A stretch of 64,000 nucleotides of DNA from a virus. Positions 55,541 through 64,000 of the stretch are shown piece after piece. Position 1 is the stretch's first letter, and the number at the start of each line of letters is the position of its first letter. The translations under genes and the position numbers were made by a program. Below the pieces are notes generated by a model. It was not told where the DNA came from and made no database searches. It was given only the letters and a program-made list of their open reading frames with translations. Location: IMG/VR virus record IMGVR_UViG_3300029419_000277. The stretch is one strand, 5' to 3'.

Positions 55541-56608
55541 TCAGTCCTCCCACGGAAGACCAGCCTTGCCGAAGTGACCGTAAGCACAGACCTTGTTGTA
55601 ATCTACATCCAGCAGTCCCAGCCGCTTGATGATACCCTGCGGGGTCAGGTCGTAGCTGTCATGGACGTAGGCTTCGATGAAGTCAAGGGACTGGTGATCC
55701 GTACCGAAGCACTCCACCAACACACCCACCGGCTGTACCACACCAATGGCGTAGGCCAGCTGGACTTCACACTTGTCAGCGTAGCCCGCCTGCACGATGT
55801 CCTTTGCAATCTTCCGTGCCATGTAAGCTGCGGAGCGATCTACCTTGGTGGGGTCTTTCCCACTCAGCGCACCACCGCCCATGCGACCGATGCCACCGTA
55901 GGTATCGCACGCCAGCTTCCGGCCAGTCACACCACAGTCGGCATAGCTGCCGCCCAGCACGAAACGACCGGTCGGATTAACCAGCTTCGTGAAGTCACCA
56001 TCCAGACCGTACTCGCAGGCGGCCAGCACCATCATGGATTCGATGATATGCCGGAAGTCGCTGACCTCCACATCCGGGCTGTGCTGCACGGAGCAGAGGA
56101 AGGTGGTGATTCGGCCGGTGTCGTAATCGTAGCTGACCTGCGCCTTGGCATCTGCTCGGAACATCTTGGACGGATGGTTCTTCAGCAGCTGCAGGAACTT
56201 GGTGGCAACCATGTACGGGATTGGCATCTGCTCTGCTGTCTCGTTGGTGGCGTAGCCATACATGATGCCCTGGTCACCGGCACCGCCCTTGTCCACACCC
56301 AGTGCAATGTCCGGGGACTGCTTGTCCACCAGAATGCCGATGCGAAGAAGCTCGGTCAGGTTCCACCCCAGCTTTTCGGCGCCGATGCGATTGAACACAT
56401 CATGGACGATCTGGTTGTAGTTTGGCCGGTAGTCGGTGGTGACCTCGCCGGCAATAAAGAGCTGGCTCTTTTTCAGCAGACACTCGATCGCCACACGGGC
56501 GTGCCCGTCATGCTGAAGAATGTCGGTCACAATAGCATCTGCGATCTGGTCACAGATCTTATCAGGATGGCCATTGCTGACCTGTTCACAGGTGATAATC
56601 TTACTCAT
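55541..56608 (-). CDS. metK: S-adenosylmethionine synthetase (methionine adenosyltransferase)
   Basis: 355 aa; GHPDKICDQIADAI, GAGDQGIMYGYA, DTYGGIGRMGGGALSGKDPTKVDRSAAYMARKIAKD motifs. Confidence 0.85.
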   Translation of the reverse strand: MSKIITCEQVSNGHPDKICDQIADAIVTDILQHDGHARVAIECLLKKSQLFIAGEVTTDYRPNYNQIVHDVFNRIGAEKLGWNLTELLRIGILVDKQSPDIALGVDKGGAGDQGIMYGYATNETAEQMPIPYMVATKFLQLLKNHPSKMFRADAKAQVSYDYDTGRITTFLCSVQHSPDVEVSDFRHIIESMMVLAACEYGLDGDFTKLVNPTGRFVLGGSYADCGVTGRKLACDTYGGIGRMGGGALSGKDPTKVDRSAAYMARKIAKDIVQAGYADKCEVQLAYAIGVVQPVGVLVECFGTDHQSLDFIEAYVHDSYDLTPQGIIKRLGLLDVDYNKVCAYGHFGKAGLPWED

Positions 56609-56728
56609 GTTCTGTCCTCTCTTTCATGTATCACAAAGCAGGCCGCCTTTGCCCTTGCCCACAAATAGGCTCCCACAAAAGCGGCCTGCGATGTTCCATT
56701 GTGTAGTTCCAATGTGTCCTCTGAATCT

Positions 56729-57085
56729 GTTGCTGGTGTGTTGCTGGCGCTTTCCTCACAAAGCGAGGTGTCCAGTCCCCAAAAATATTGATTTTACGCA
56801 CTTTTCAGGGGTGTTAAGATCTATATTTTTTCTTTTGTTGCTATTGTTGCTAGTAAAAAGTAAATAGTATATAAAAGAAAATAATATAAATAAAATAGGG
56901 TTTTCACTCGCAACACTCGCAACAGCACCGAAAGCCCTTGATTTTCCTACGTTTTTCTGTTGCTGGGGCGTTGCTGCTGTTGCTGGTAACGTGACTCCGA
57001 AGCCGTGTGTTGCTGGAATTTTGGCAGGAACTTATGAAAATCAAAAACAATAGATTTCACTGTGTTCTTCCAGCAACAGCCGCAA
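56729..57085. repeat. iteron array (GTTGCTGG and variants, direct and inverted) with an AT-rich tract: putative replication origin
   Basis: GTTGCTGG at 56729, 56740, 56959, 56979, 57009; GTTGCTGC at 56970; TTGCTA x2 at 56838-56853; inverted CCAGCAAC / CGCAAC at 56909-56930 and 57070-57088; 80-bp AT-rich stretch 56820-56900; lies between metK and the primase gene. Confidence 0.5.
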
Positions 57086-57114
57086 CAAATCCGTCCGTAC
57101 CTTGAATTTCAAGC

Positions 57115-59526
57115 TCATGATGTCAATGGTGCAAAGTCCTCTTTTGATTCTTCACTTGCCGTGAACGCCACATCCAGGACCATCGGAGTCGTACTGCTGG
57201 AGGCACCGTCATTCGGACGCTTTCTTGCAGTCTTGTACCGCTTTTCAATCTCCTGGTTTAGATTCTTGGCTACCTCTGCCCGGTAGCCATTCTCTCCACA
57301 CCACTCTTTGTAGCGTGTGTAAACTGCACCGCGCCGAAGCTCACACCCTTCCTTTTCTTCAATGCATTCATCAAAAAACTGACCCATCTTATCTGAGAAT
57401 ATCTGATAGTCCGTTGTTGCCTGAACGACAGAATCCGGCATGGCAAGTCCCTGACTGCGGAACAGCTTATAGCCTTCGAGCATCCAGTTCAGAATGCCGG
57501 ACATATTTTCCGGTTTAGCAAAAGTGGACTTTAGATCCTTATCCTGTTCATTTTCTTCAAAATGCCGGTCAAACGGAATGATTTTGATTCGGCCAGACTC
57601 AAACAGCGTAAGGTCTGTGATATTCGGACGATGGTTCGTGTTGATGAAAATTTTGAAGTTCGGTCGGAACTCAAAACTGTTCTCATGCAGATACCGGGCT
57701 GTGATCGTATCGTTACCGGTCAGTCGTTTGGTAAGAGCTGCATCCAGAGTGATCTTTTTCTCCGGCTCGGAGATGTTTACAAAACGAGAGCCGGCAAGCC
57801 GGGCGATTTCCTCAGACGGTCCTCCGCTCTGGCTGTTAAACTTCGCCTGCAGCATGGTCGGATCTGCATTTTTACCGTACTCGCCCATAATACGCAGAAT
57901 ACTCTCCATTGTGGTACCCTTACCGTTTCTGGATGTCGGACCGTACAGAATAAACAAGCACTCCATGCGGGTGTCACCAGTCAACGAGTATCCGATAGCC
58001 TTCTGAAGATAGTCTGCTCTGGCCTTATCCCCCTGCATGATCTCCGTGATGAACGTCCGCCAGCGAGGGCAGTCGGCATCCGGGGCATATATCACAGGGG
58101 ACACTTTTGTGAGAAAATCCTCCGGGCGGTGTTCCCGGAATTCCATCGTCCGCAGATCCAGTGTTCCATTTTTGCAGTTGAACAGATAGATATCCTGATC
58201 GTACTGCTTCATGGACAGTGGGAATACGGACTTCGCGTCTTTCAGCATCGTGTCACGGTGCTTGCGTTGCTGGAGTTTCCGGACGCGGTCGATGAACCGC
58301 TTTCTGACATCCTCTTCTGTAATCTTCAATGCAAACAGATACAGCTTATCTGCCAGATATTTCGCAAGCTCTGCCACCTTAAGGTTCTCCATATCTGGCT
58401 GCCAGACAACTCCATCATAGACAAACCAGATGCCGCGTTCACTGTTGTACCGTGCGATAGGCTTGAAAAAATCGGCGAACATGTTGCCCAAACCGATCTC
58501 ATCCCTGCCGTAGCGCGGATTCGTGTGCGGAGCCATTTCTTCCAGCGACAGCGTGAGCTTGCTGATGTCCGGTGGCCGCTCCGCCTCTTTATCATCAGAG
58601 TCAAGATTTGCAAACTCCTCATCCACAATGTCCTGCGCGTTGACAGGAATGTAAACGGAAGCGCAGGTATTGACCGTGTTACGGATAGAGATTGCACCGT
58701 AGGTCGAACCAGCCTGTTTGCGATCCCACTTCGGGCGCATCAAGCCCGATGTACGGAAGATGCGGTCCATCTGCTCCTCATCACAGCCGCACCAGAATGC
58801 CAGGATAGACAAGAGTGCCATATCTGCATCCGACTGGCTGCCGTAGAGGTCTTCCCACTCACCGGCAAAGAGCTTTTTGAACTTTTCAGAGTTACTGGCC
58901 TCGTTAGCGTGTGTGATGACAGCCTCATCCTCCAGATACGAATGGTGCTGAAAATGAGTCTGCTGTACCTGTTTGTTCCGCTTCATGAGCGTATCGAGCA
59001 GTGTGGTCATCGCCGTTTCATCGTTGGGAATTTCACCTGTGCGGTAAACATCTCCCGTTACGGTGACGAAGCGGTTTGTCGCACCGGGCATATACACTTC
59101 CAGACCTTTGCCACGGTTGTTGATGTAGTAGACCGTCTTGTCGTAGACGTAGTCTTCTGGCACATGGAAGAATCCACGCAGACCTTTGCCGGACGGTGAC
59201 TTCTCTACATACGCTGTAGGAAAGATTGAAAGTACAGTGTCTGCTGTGTCATTCAGCGTCCCGTCCTCACGGATACAGTGGTCGATGTCAAAAGCTCCGA
59301 TACCACTGCCCACAGCAATGCCGATGCCGTCATAGCCGCCCATTGCATAAGTGACAAGCGTAGTCTTGAAATCTGCAAAGGTGCGGAGATCATTGATCCT
59401 GGCTCTATCACCATTCGCCGGGTTATACGGCATCTTGGTCTTCTGACCGTTTCGCTTTTCAAATTTCCAGACACAAAACCGGCAGGAGGTCTTCAGCTCC
59501 GCCGGGATATTTTTGATATCCACCAT
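57115..59526 (-). CDS. primase-helicase: N-terminal prim-pol domain fused to a P4/D5-type SF3 helicase
   Basis: 803 aa; prim-pol DxD (IGAFDIDHC); Walker A GPTSRNGKGTT; P4-family C-terminal region. Confidence 0.85.
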   Translation of the reverse strand: MVDIKNIPAELKTSCRFCVWKFEKRNGQKTKMPYNPANGDRARINDLRTFADFKTTLVTYAMGGYDGIGIAVGSGIGAFDIDHCIREDGTLNDTADTVLSIFPTAYVEKSPSGKGLRGFFHVPEDYVYDKTVYYINNRGKGLEVYMPGATNRFVTVTGDVYRTGEIPNDETAMTTLLDTLMKRNKQVQQTHFQHHSYLEDEAVITHANEASNSEKFKKLFAGEWEDLYGSQSDADMALLSILAFWCGCDEEQMDRIFRTSGLMRPKWDRKQAGSTYGAISIRNTVNTCASVYIPVNAQDIVDEEFANLDSDDKEAERPPDISKLTLSLEEMAPHTNPRYGRDEIGLGNMFADFFKPIARYNSERGIWFVYDGVVWQPDMENLKVAELAKYLADKLYLFALKITEEDVRKRFIDRVRKLQQRKHRDTMLKDAKSVFPLSMKQYDQDIYLFNCKNGTLDLRTMEFREHRPEDFLTKVSPVIYAPDADCPRWRTFITEIMQGDKARADYLQKAIGYSLTGDTRMECLFILYGPTSRNGKGTTMESILRIMGEYGKNADPTMLQAKFNSQSGGPSEEIARLAGSRFVNISEPEKKITLDAALTKRLTGNDTITARYLHENSFEFRPNFKIFINTNHRPNITDLTLFESGRIKIIPFDRHFEENEQDKDLKSTFAKPENMSGILNWMLEGYKLFRSQGLAMPDSVVQATTDYQIFSDKMGQFFDECIEEKEGCELRRGAVYTRYKEWCGENGYRAEVAKNLNQEIEKRYKTARKRPNDGASSSTTPMVLDVAFTASEESKEDFAPLTS

Positions 59527-59531
59527 AGCGG

Positions 59532-60182
59532 TTAGACCTCCTTCCTGCCGTGTACAGCGTTGCTGCCGTAATTGGCATTGCTGCCGCGCACAGCATTTTC
59601 GTCTGTATTTTGTTTGTTTTTCTTAGTACTGTGCATATCAAACTGCCTTGCCACAGCCTGTTCAATCTCCTGCTTTTTCTCAGCAGAGATCACCCTGCAA
59701 AGGCGTCCAAACAGTGCCGACTGGTCGATCGTTGTGATCTGCTCGACCAGCAAAATGGAATCCTCCAGTCGTTCCGCTCTGAGCATCTCACAATGTGCTT
59801 CTGTCAGCACGATATGTGTTGGCAGGTCGAGCTTTTTCATCTTGCTCGTAAGCGGAATAACTGTGAAGGTCTGCGAATAACGGTTCGCAATATCGTTTGT
59901 CAGGATCAGCACCGGACGGTTCCCACTCTGCACACAGGTGCCATAATGGTTACCAAGTTCTGCAAACCAGATCTCATACTGCTTCGGGATTCTGGTCGTC
60001 GGCCAGTTGTAAGCGGGGAAGCTGTCATAAGTTGTGTGGCTGCTTTCCTGCTGCTTTTCGGTGCTGTGGTTATGCGTGGCGGCGCTTTTATGCTTGGTGC
60101 AGCCACGCTTGTTGATGTACTTGTTCACATGGATCTTCCTGCCGCGCGGCAGAATCCGTGCGTTGCTTTTCTTTCTCCCCAT
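59532..60182 (-). CDS. MazF/PemK/EndoA-family endoribonuclease-like protein with a basic N-terminal extension
   Basis: 216 aa from MGRKKSN (GAGGTGA RBS); core EIWFAELGNHYGTCVQSGNRPVLILTNDIANRYSQTFTVIPLTSKMKKLDLPTHIVL..SILLVEQITTIDQSAL closely parallels Bacillus EndoA/NdoA. Confidence 0.65.
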   Translation of the reverse strand: MGRKKSNARILPRGRKIHVNKYINKRGCTKHKSAATHNHSTEKQQESSHTTYDSFPAYNWPTTRIPKQYEIWFAELGNHYGTCVQSGNRPVLILTNDIANRYSQTFTVIPLTSKMKKLDLPTHIVLTEAHCEMLRAERLEDSILLVEQITTIDQSALFGRLCRVISAEKKQEIEQAVARQFDMHSTKKNKQNTDENAVRGSNANYGSNAVHGRKEV

Positions 60183-60382
60183 TCTGGGTTTCACCTCTTC
60201 TCTCCTGATACAAAAACAGCCGTCCGGAATCCGAATCCGTGACGGCACAACATGTAAAAAGCGGATAAAAATTCTGGGCAGCTTTCGCTCCCAGCACTCT
60301 TATCCACTCCCGGTTTTATCTTATTTTCCTAGTATAAAGTATAGCAAAAAGCCGATGTACGCATAAGAATCAATTTTCCTAA

Positions 60383-60853
60383 TTAACTGCTGTTTTTCCT
60401 AAAAAAGCCCTCTTTTTCCAGATTTACTACAAATTCTTTGAAGCCTTTTCCCTTGTAATAATCTGCCCTGCTTTTTCCAAAAGAACAGCCGTTGGAATCC
60501 TTCATCGACTTCAATGGAATACGCTCAAAATAGAACTGTCTGACTGCTACCCTCGCATCAGAATCAGACACCCGGCTCAGAGCCAGTTCCATAATACGAA
60601 GCTGTGTGCTCTGCTTGTCGTATTCCCTTTTGCACTCCGTATACATCTCTTTCTTGATGCCGCGCTCCAAATCGGAGATGGCCGCTGCCTGTTCCTGTTT
60701 GATCTCGGCCAGCATCTTCTCCTTTTCCGCAATGTCTGCCTTGAGTTTTTCATAACCGCTACAGGCATCTTTTGCTATGGCTTCATGCCGTTTATCCGGC
60801 TGAAAACTCCACTTAATCGGTCTTCCCACATTCTCCCCTCCTGTGTCTGTCAT
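60383..60853 (-). CDS. hypothetical protein, possible ArpU/RinA-like regulator
   Basis: 156 aa; C-terminal region with HTH-like character; low confidence. Confidence 0.35.
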   Translation of the reverse strand: MTDTGGENVGRPIKWSFQPDKRHEAIAKDACSGYEKLKADIAEKEKMLAEIKQEQAAAISDLERGIKKEMYTECKREYDKQSTQLRIMELALSRVSDSDARVAVRQFYFERIPLKSMKDSNGCSFGKSRADYYKGKGFKEFVVNLEKEGFFRKNSS

Positions 60854-61355
60854 GCAAGCGGATCACATCCGCAATCCCCTGCAATGCAGTTTCTTTCTCT
60901 CGCTCCACCACCCGGCGGCTTAAAGTTCTCCCATCCATACCAGTGATCTCCGACTGCTTTCTGCCGTCCACAAAGAGCTGCTCTGCCACAATCCGTGTAC
61001 ACCCCCGAAGACTGCGCAGTCCAACCTCGAACAGCTCGATATCTTCACAGACCTTGTAATAGGGTTCCAGAAACTGCTCAGTGCGCTGGGTCTGAACTTC
61101 CCGGTTCATGGATGCCAGCACCTTGTCACAGTTCAGCACGGTGCGCTCCACCGGATTCGATGTACCGCTGGTCTGCACGCGCTCGGATTCCTCATGTGCG
61201 CCCTGCGACAGCTTGTAGATGATCTCGTCCTTAGTGTAAAACCAGGACCGGGAATCCTCGTACTGCTGCCGGAGCATATCCCGCCTGTGTACCAGCAGCC
61301 TGTAGGAATCAGCCAGTTCCTTTGCCTGTTCCATATACTCCATCTCGTCTGCCAT
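60813..61355 (-). CDS. sigma-70-like (region 4) transcription regulator
   Basis: 180 aa; C-terminal RIVAEQLFVDGRKQSEITGMDGRTLSRRVVEREKETAL resembles sigma region 4. Confidence 0.45.
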   Translation of the reverse strand: MADEMEYMEQAKELADSYRLLVHRRDMLRQQYEDSRSWFYTKDEIIYKLSQGAHEESERVQTSGTSNPVERTVLNCDKVLASMNREVQTQRTEQFLEPYYKVCEDIELFEVGLRSLRGCTRIVAEQLFVDGRKQSEITGMDGRTLSRRVVEREKETALQGIADVIRLHDRHRRGECGKTD

Positions 61356-61388
61356 ACTGCACCTCCTGTTCTGGTCTGCTTATTTTTA

Positions 61389-61769
61389 TCACGTAATGTC
61401 ACCTAACGCCCGGATGTGCTCCGGAGTCAGAGCAGCACCGGCTTCCGTGAGCAGCTTCACGAGCTTTTTCATCTCTCGCTCCGCTTTCCGGCGCAGGTTT
61501 TCTGCCCTCCTCTTTCTACGCTCCACGGCTTCAACCTTCACTCTTGCCTGCACACCTGAAATGAGTGTGCAGGCATCCAGATCCGTCAGCGTGTTGTACC
61601 AGTTGGAGTGAAAGAAACCTTCCAGCCTCTTTTTCTCAAACTGCGCATCCCGGTTGTTCGGATGGTCCTCCAGACGGAACAGTACAGTTTTATAATCCTT
61701 GACAGCCTGCATGATGATTGCATTCGCCAGATTCTCGTAGCATTCCAGATTGTCTGCTGCCATTCCCAT
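61389..61769 (-). CDS. hypothetical protein (126 aa)
   Basis: Intact ORF; basic, coiled-coil-like C-terminus. Confidence 0.45.
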   Translation of the reverse strand: MGMAADNLECYENLANAIIMQAVKDYKTVLFRLEDHPNNRDAQFEKKRLEGFFHSNWYNTLTDLDACTLISGVQARVKVEAVERRKRRAENLRRKAEREMKKLVKLLTEAGAALTPEHIRALGDIT

Positions 61770-62530
61770 CAGTCGTTCACCCTGCCCTTTCCTGAATCAT
61801 TCTCTTTTGTGTCGTACCACGGTGCCGGCACCTTCTGTCCATCCAATCCATACTTAAACATATAGATGGAATACCATGCTACCTCATACATGCAGTCGAT
61901 CAGTTTGCGGTTCGGCTCCGGCATCAGAGCTGCATTCCGCACAAACAGGTCAACAAAGTTTTCTTCCCTGTCTGTCACCAGACGGTGCTCCTTCGCATCG
62001 ATCAGGATTTCAGCAAAGCGATAGCACTTTCTCTTGTTCTGCTGAATCCAATCGAAACGCCAGGTAACCGCATCCAGAATCGTCTGTTTGGTATCCTCCG
62101 CCGTCAGCTTCGGTGCATCCGGGTGTTTGCCTGCCGCCACTGCTTTCGCATAGCATTCCTCCGCACGGTCTTCCGCACAGAAACGCTTGTGAAACTGAAG
62201 CTCGTAGGCTTTTGCCTGACACATGAGCAGTTCGATCTCATGCTCATAGGCTTCCTTCGCCAGCATATCCTGTGTAACTCGCAGGTCAGAGGTCTTACGG
62301 GCGGGTGTTTCCCCGAAGATCGCACAGAGCAGGCCGGTGCCACTGTACGGACGGAACATCGCATACGGTGTGAAAAATCCGTCACTGTCGCGCTTCCGCT
62401 TGCCGGTCTGCACATGCGGTGCAGTCTTGTAGTGATATCGGTCCGTGTCCATAACACTGGAGCTGCGCTTTCTCTCTGCGGCGCGGTCCTTTGCATTCAG
62501 AAATTTGTAATTGCTCGTATTCTTTTCCAT
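61769..62530 (-). CDS. hypothetical protein (253 aa)
   Basis: Intact ORF directly downstream of the SNF2 gene. Confidence 0.45.
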   Translation of the reverse strand: MEKNTSNYKFLNAKDRAAERKRSSSVMDTDRYHYKTAPHVQTGKRKRDSDGFFTPYAMFRPYSGTGLLCAIFGETPARKTSDLRVTQDMLAKEAYEHEIELLMCQAKAYELQFHKRFCAEDRAEECYAKAVAAGKHPDAPKLTAEDTKQTILDAVTWRFDWIQQNKRKCYRFAEILIDAKEHRLVTDREENFVDLFVRNAALMPEPNRKLIDCMYEVAWYSIYMFKYGLDGQKVPAPWYDTKENDSGKGRVND

Positions 62531-62539
62531 AATCTTCTC

Positions 62540-63922
62540 CTACTCCTCCAGCCGTGCTCTGACGGCAGATATCAGCTTTTCCTGTGTCATGTCCTTCTGC
62601 TCCAGCGCAGCCATGACATCCTCGTCTACTGTGTTTTTCGTGATGATGTGGTGAATGGTCACCACATGGGTCTGTCCCTGCCGCCAAAGCCGGGCATTGG
62701 TCTGCTGATACAACTCCAAAGACCAGGTCAGCCCAAACCAGATCAGGATGTGTCCGCCCTGCTGGATGTTCAGACCATGTCCGGCCGATGCAGGGTGGAT
62801 CAGTGCGACCGGGATGTTCCCGGCATTCCAGTCCTTGATGTCAGTGCTGCTCTTGATGTCCCGAACTTTGATTTTCAGCTTCGACAGATGGCTGATGATA
62901 CGCTCCCTGTCATGCTTAAACCAATAAGCTACCAGCACCGGCTGTCCGTTGGCGGCTTCGATCAGGTCTTCGAGAGCTTCCAGCTTGTGGTCGTGAATGA
63001 CTCTCGCCTTGCCATTCTCGTCATATACCGCGCCATTGCTCATCTGCAACAGCTTCCCTGTCAGTGATGCAGCATTGGCAGCGTCTATGTCACCGTCTTT
63101 CAGCGGAATCAAAAGATCCTGCCGGAGCATATCGTAGAGTTCCCTTTCCTGCGTGTTCATCTCAACTTCATACCTTGTAGGTACACAATCCGGCATATTG
63201 AGATAATCCAGAGCCTTCATAGAAATCGTGATGTCAGAGATCCGCTGGTAGATCATCTCCTCTGCTCCCTGTCTGGGTACATACTGGAACACGATTCCTG
63301 TTGCCGGGTTCATCGACCCAGCCTTAAAGTAGGCTTCCCGGTAGCGGCCGATAAACTTTCCAAGGCGCTCCCCGCCATCCAGAATCCCAATCTCTGCCCA
63401 CAAATCCATAAGGCCGTTGGAAGAAGGTGTGCCGGTCAGACCAACCCACCGCTTCACAAACGGGCGGACTTTTCGCAGGAACTTAAAACGCTGGGACTGA
63501 TAGTTTTTGAACGATGACAGCTCATCGATCACAACCATGCCAAAATCCCAGCGCATGCCATTTTTCTCGTAATACTCCACCAACCACTTGATGTTCTCCC
63601 GATTGACAATGTAGATCATCGCCGGGTGGTGGACTGCCGCAATCCGGGTCTTAACATCTCCAACAATAACGGAAATGTCCAGACCTTTCAGATGGTCCCA
63701 TTTCTCGATTTCTGCCGGCCATGTGTCACGGGCAACTCGCAGCGGTGCGATGATGAGGACCTTGTTGACCTCAAAAGTCTCAAGCATAAGGTCTTTGATG
63801 GCAGAAAGTGTAATAACGGTCTTTCCTTAACCCAAGCCCATATCCAAGAAAAGTGCTGCAATCGGGTGCGTTTTAATATACTCGGTGCAGTAACTCTGAT
63901 AATCGTGTGGAATGAACTTCAT
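62540..63922 (-). pseudogene. SNF2-family helicase interrupted by an in-frame TAA inside the Walker A motif (DMGLG-stop-GKT)
   Basis: Hand translation: ATG at 63922 (GGAGGAGGTGA RBS) gives MKFIPHDYQSYCTEYIKTHPIAALFLDMGLG, then TAA at 63827-63829, then in the same frame GKTVITLSAIKDLMLETF... continuing into the 415-aa ORF with motifs II (VIDELSS), III (LTGTPSSN), V and VI. Removing the 6 nt TAAGGA would restore canonical GLGKT. Confidence 0.55.
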
Positions 63923-64000
63923 AGCGGCATCACCTCCTCCCGGCATCCTGTGCCCGTGTTTCCGGCTCATCGCTTTGTGTATCTCCCTGCGGCAGCGTAA

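Noticed and set aside
56609-56820. SAM (S-box / SMK-box) riboswitch upstream of metK
   Set aside because: The leader lacks the S-box consensus (no ..ATCAAGAGAGG..GGAGGGACTGGCCC.. core) and shows only a vague GAAAGCGCCAG similarity to the SMK box, far from the RBS. Not supported.
56720-57090. Possible CRISPR array suggested by repeated GTTGCTGG units
   Set aside because: Units are only 8 bp, irregularly spaced, partly inverted, with no 25-40-bp repeat/spacer periodicity and no cas genes. Interpreted as origin iterons.
1-64000. tRNA, rRNA or tmRNA genes (possible integration targets)
   Set aside because: No cloverleaf-compatible sequence or conserved tRNA box motifs were recognised by eye. 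A dedicated scan (tRNAscan-type) would be needed to be sure, especially left of position 378.

Overview
The window is almost entirely one temperate siphovirus-type prophage (HK97-fold capsid, TP901-type tape measure) from a Firmicutes/Clostridia-like host. Nearly every gene is on the minus strand, so the phage reads from high to low coordinates. In that order it carries: an SNF2 helicase interrupted by an in-frame stop inside its Walker A motif, sigma-like regulators, a solitary MazF/EndoA-like protein, a primase-helicase next to an iteron/AT-rich putative origin, metK plus an HNH nuclease plus three orphan DNA methyltransferases, and an early region of small acidic proteins. That early region also holds a DUF3846/DUF4314 pair, two gamma-glutamyl-cyclotransferase-like genes and two amidoligase-like paralogs, driven by a ~80-bp promoter-leader cassette repeated about ten times. 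Downstream come small and large terminase, portal, ClpP-type protease, capsid, head-tail joining genes, major tail, G/GT chaperones with a -1 frameshift site, tape measure, Dit, Tal, two SGNH-esterase tail fibres, a holin / LysM protein / bifunctional endolysin lysis cassette, and an integration module with three tandem large serine recombinases. Between the recombinases sits an accessory islet (AAA ATPase, XRE regulator, Rpn-family nuclease with a stand-alone DUF4351 mini-gene). Two morons lie inside the tail operon: a RelE/Phd toxin-antitoxin pair on the opposite strand between the chaperone and the tape measure, and an SPFH membrane protein bracketed by identical UUCG hairpins. No rRNA, tRNA or CRISPR array was recognised. 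Protein family calls come from motif recognition by eye, with no searches run.
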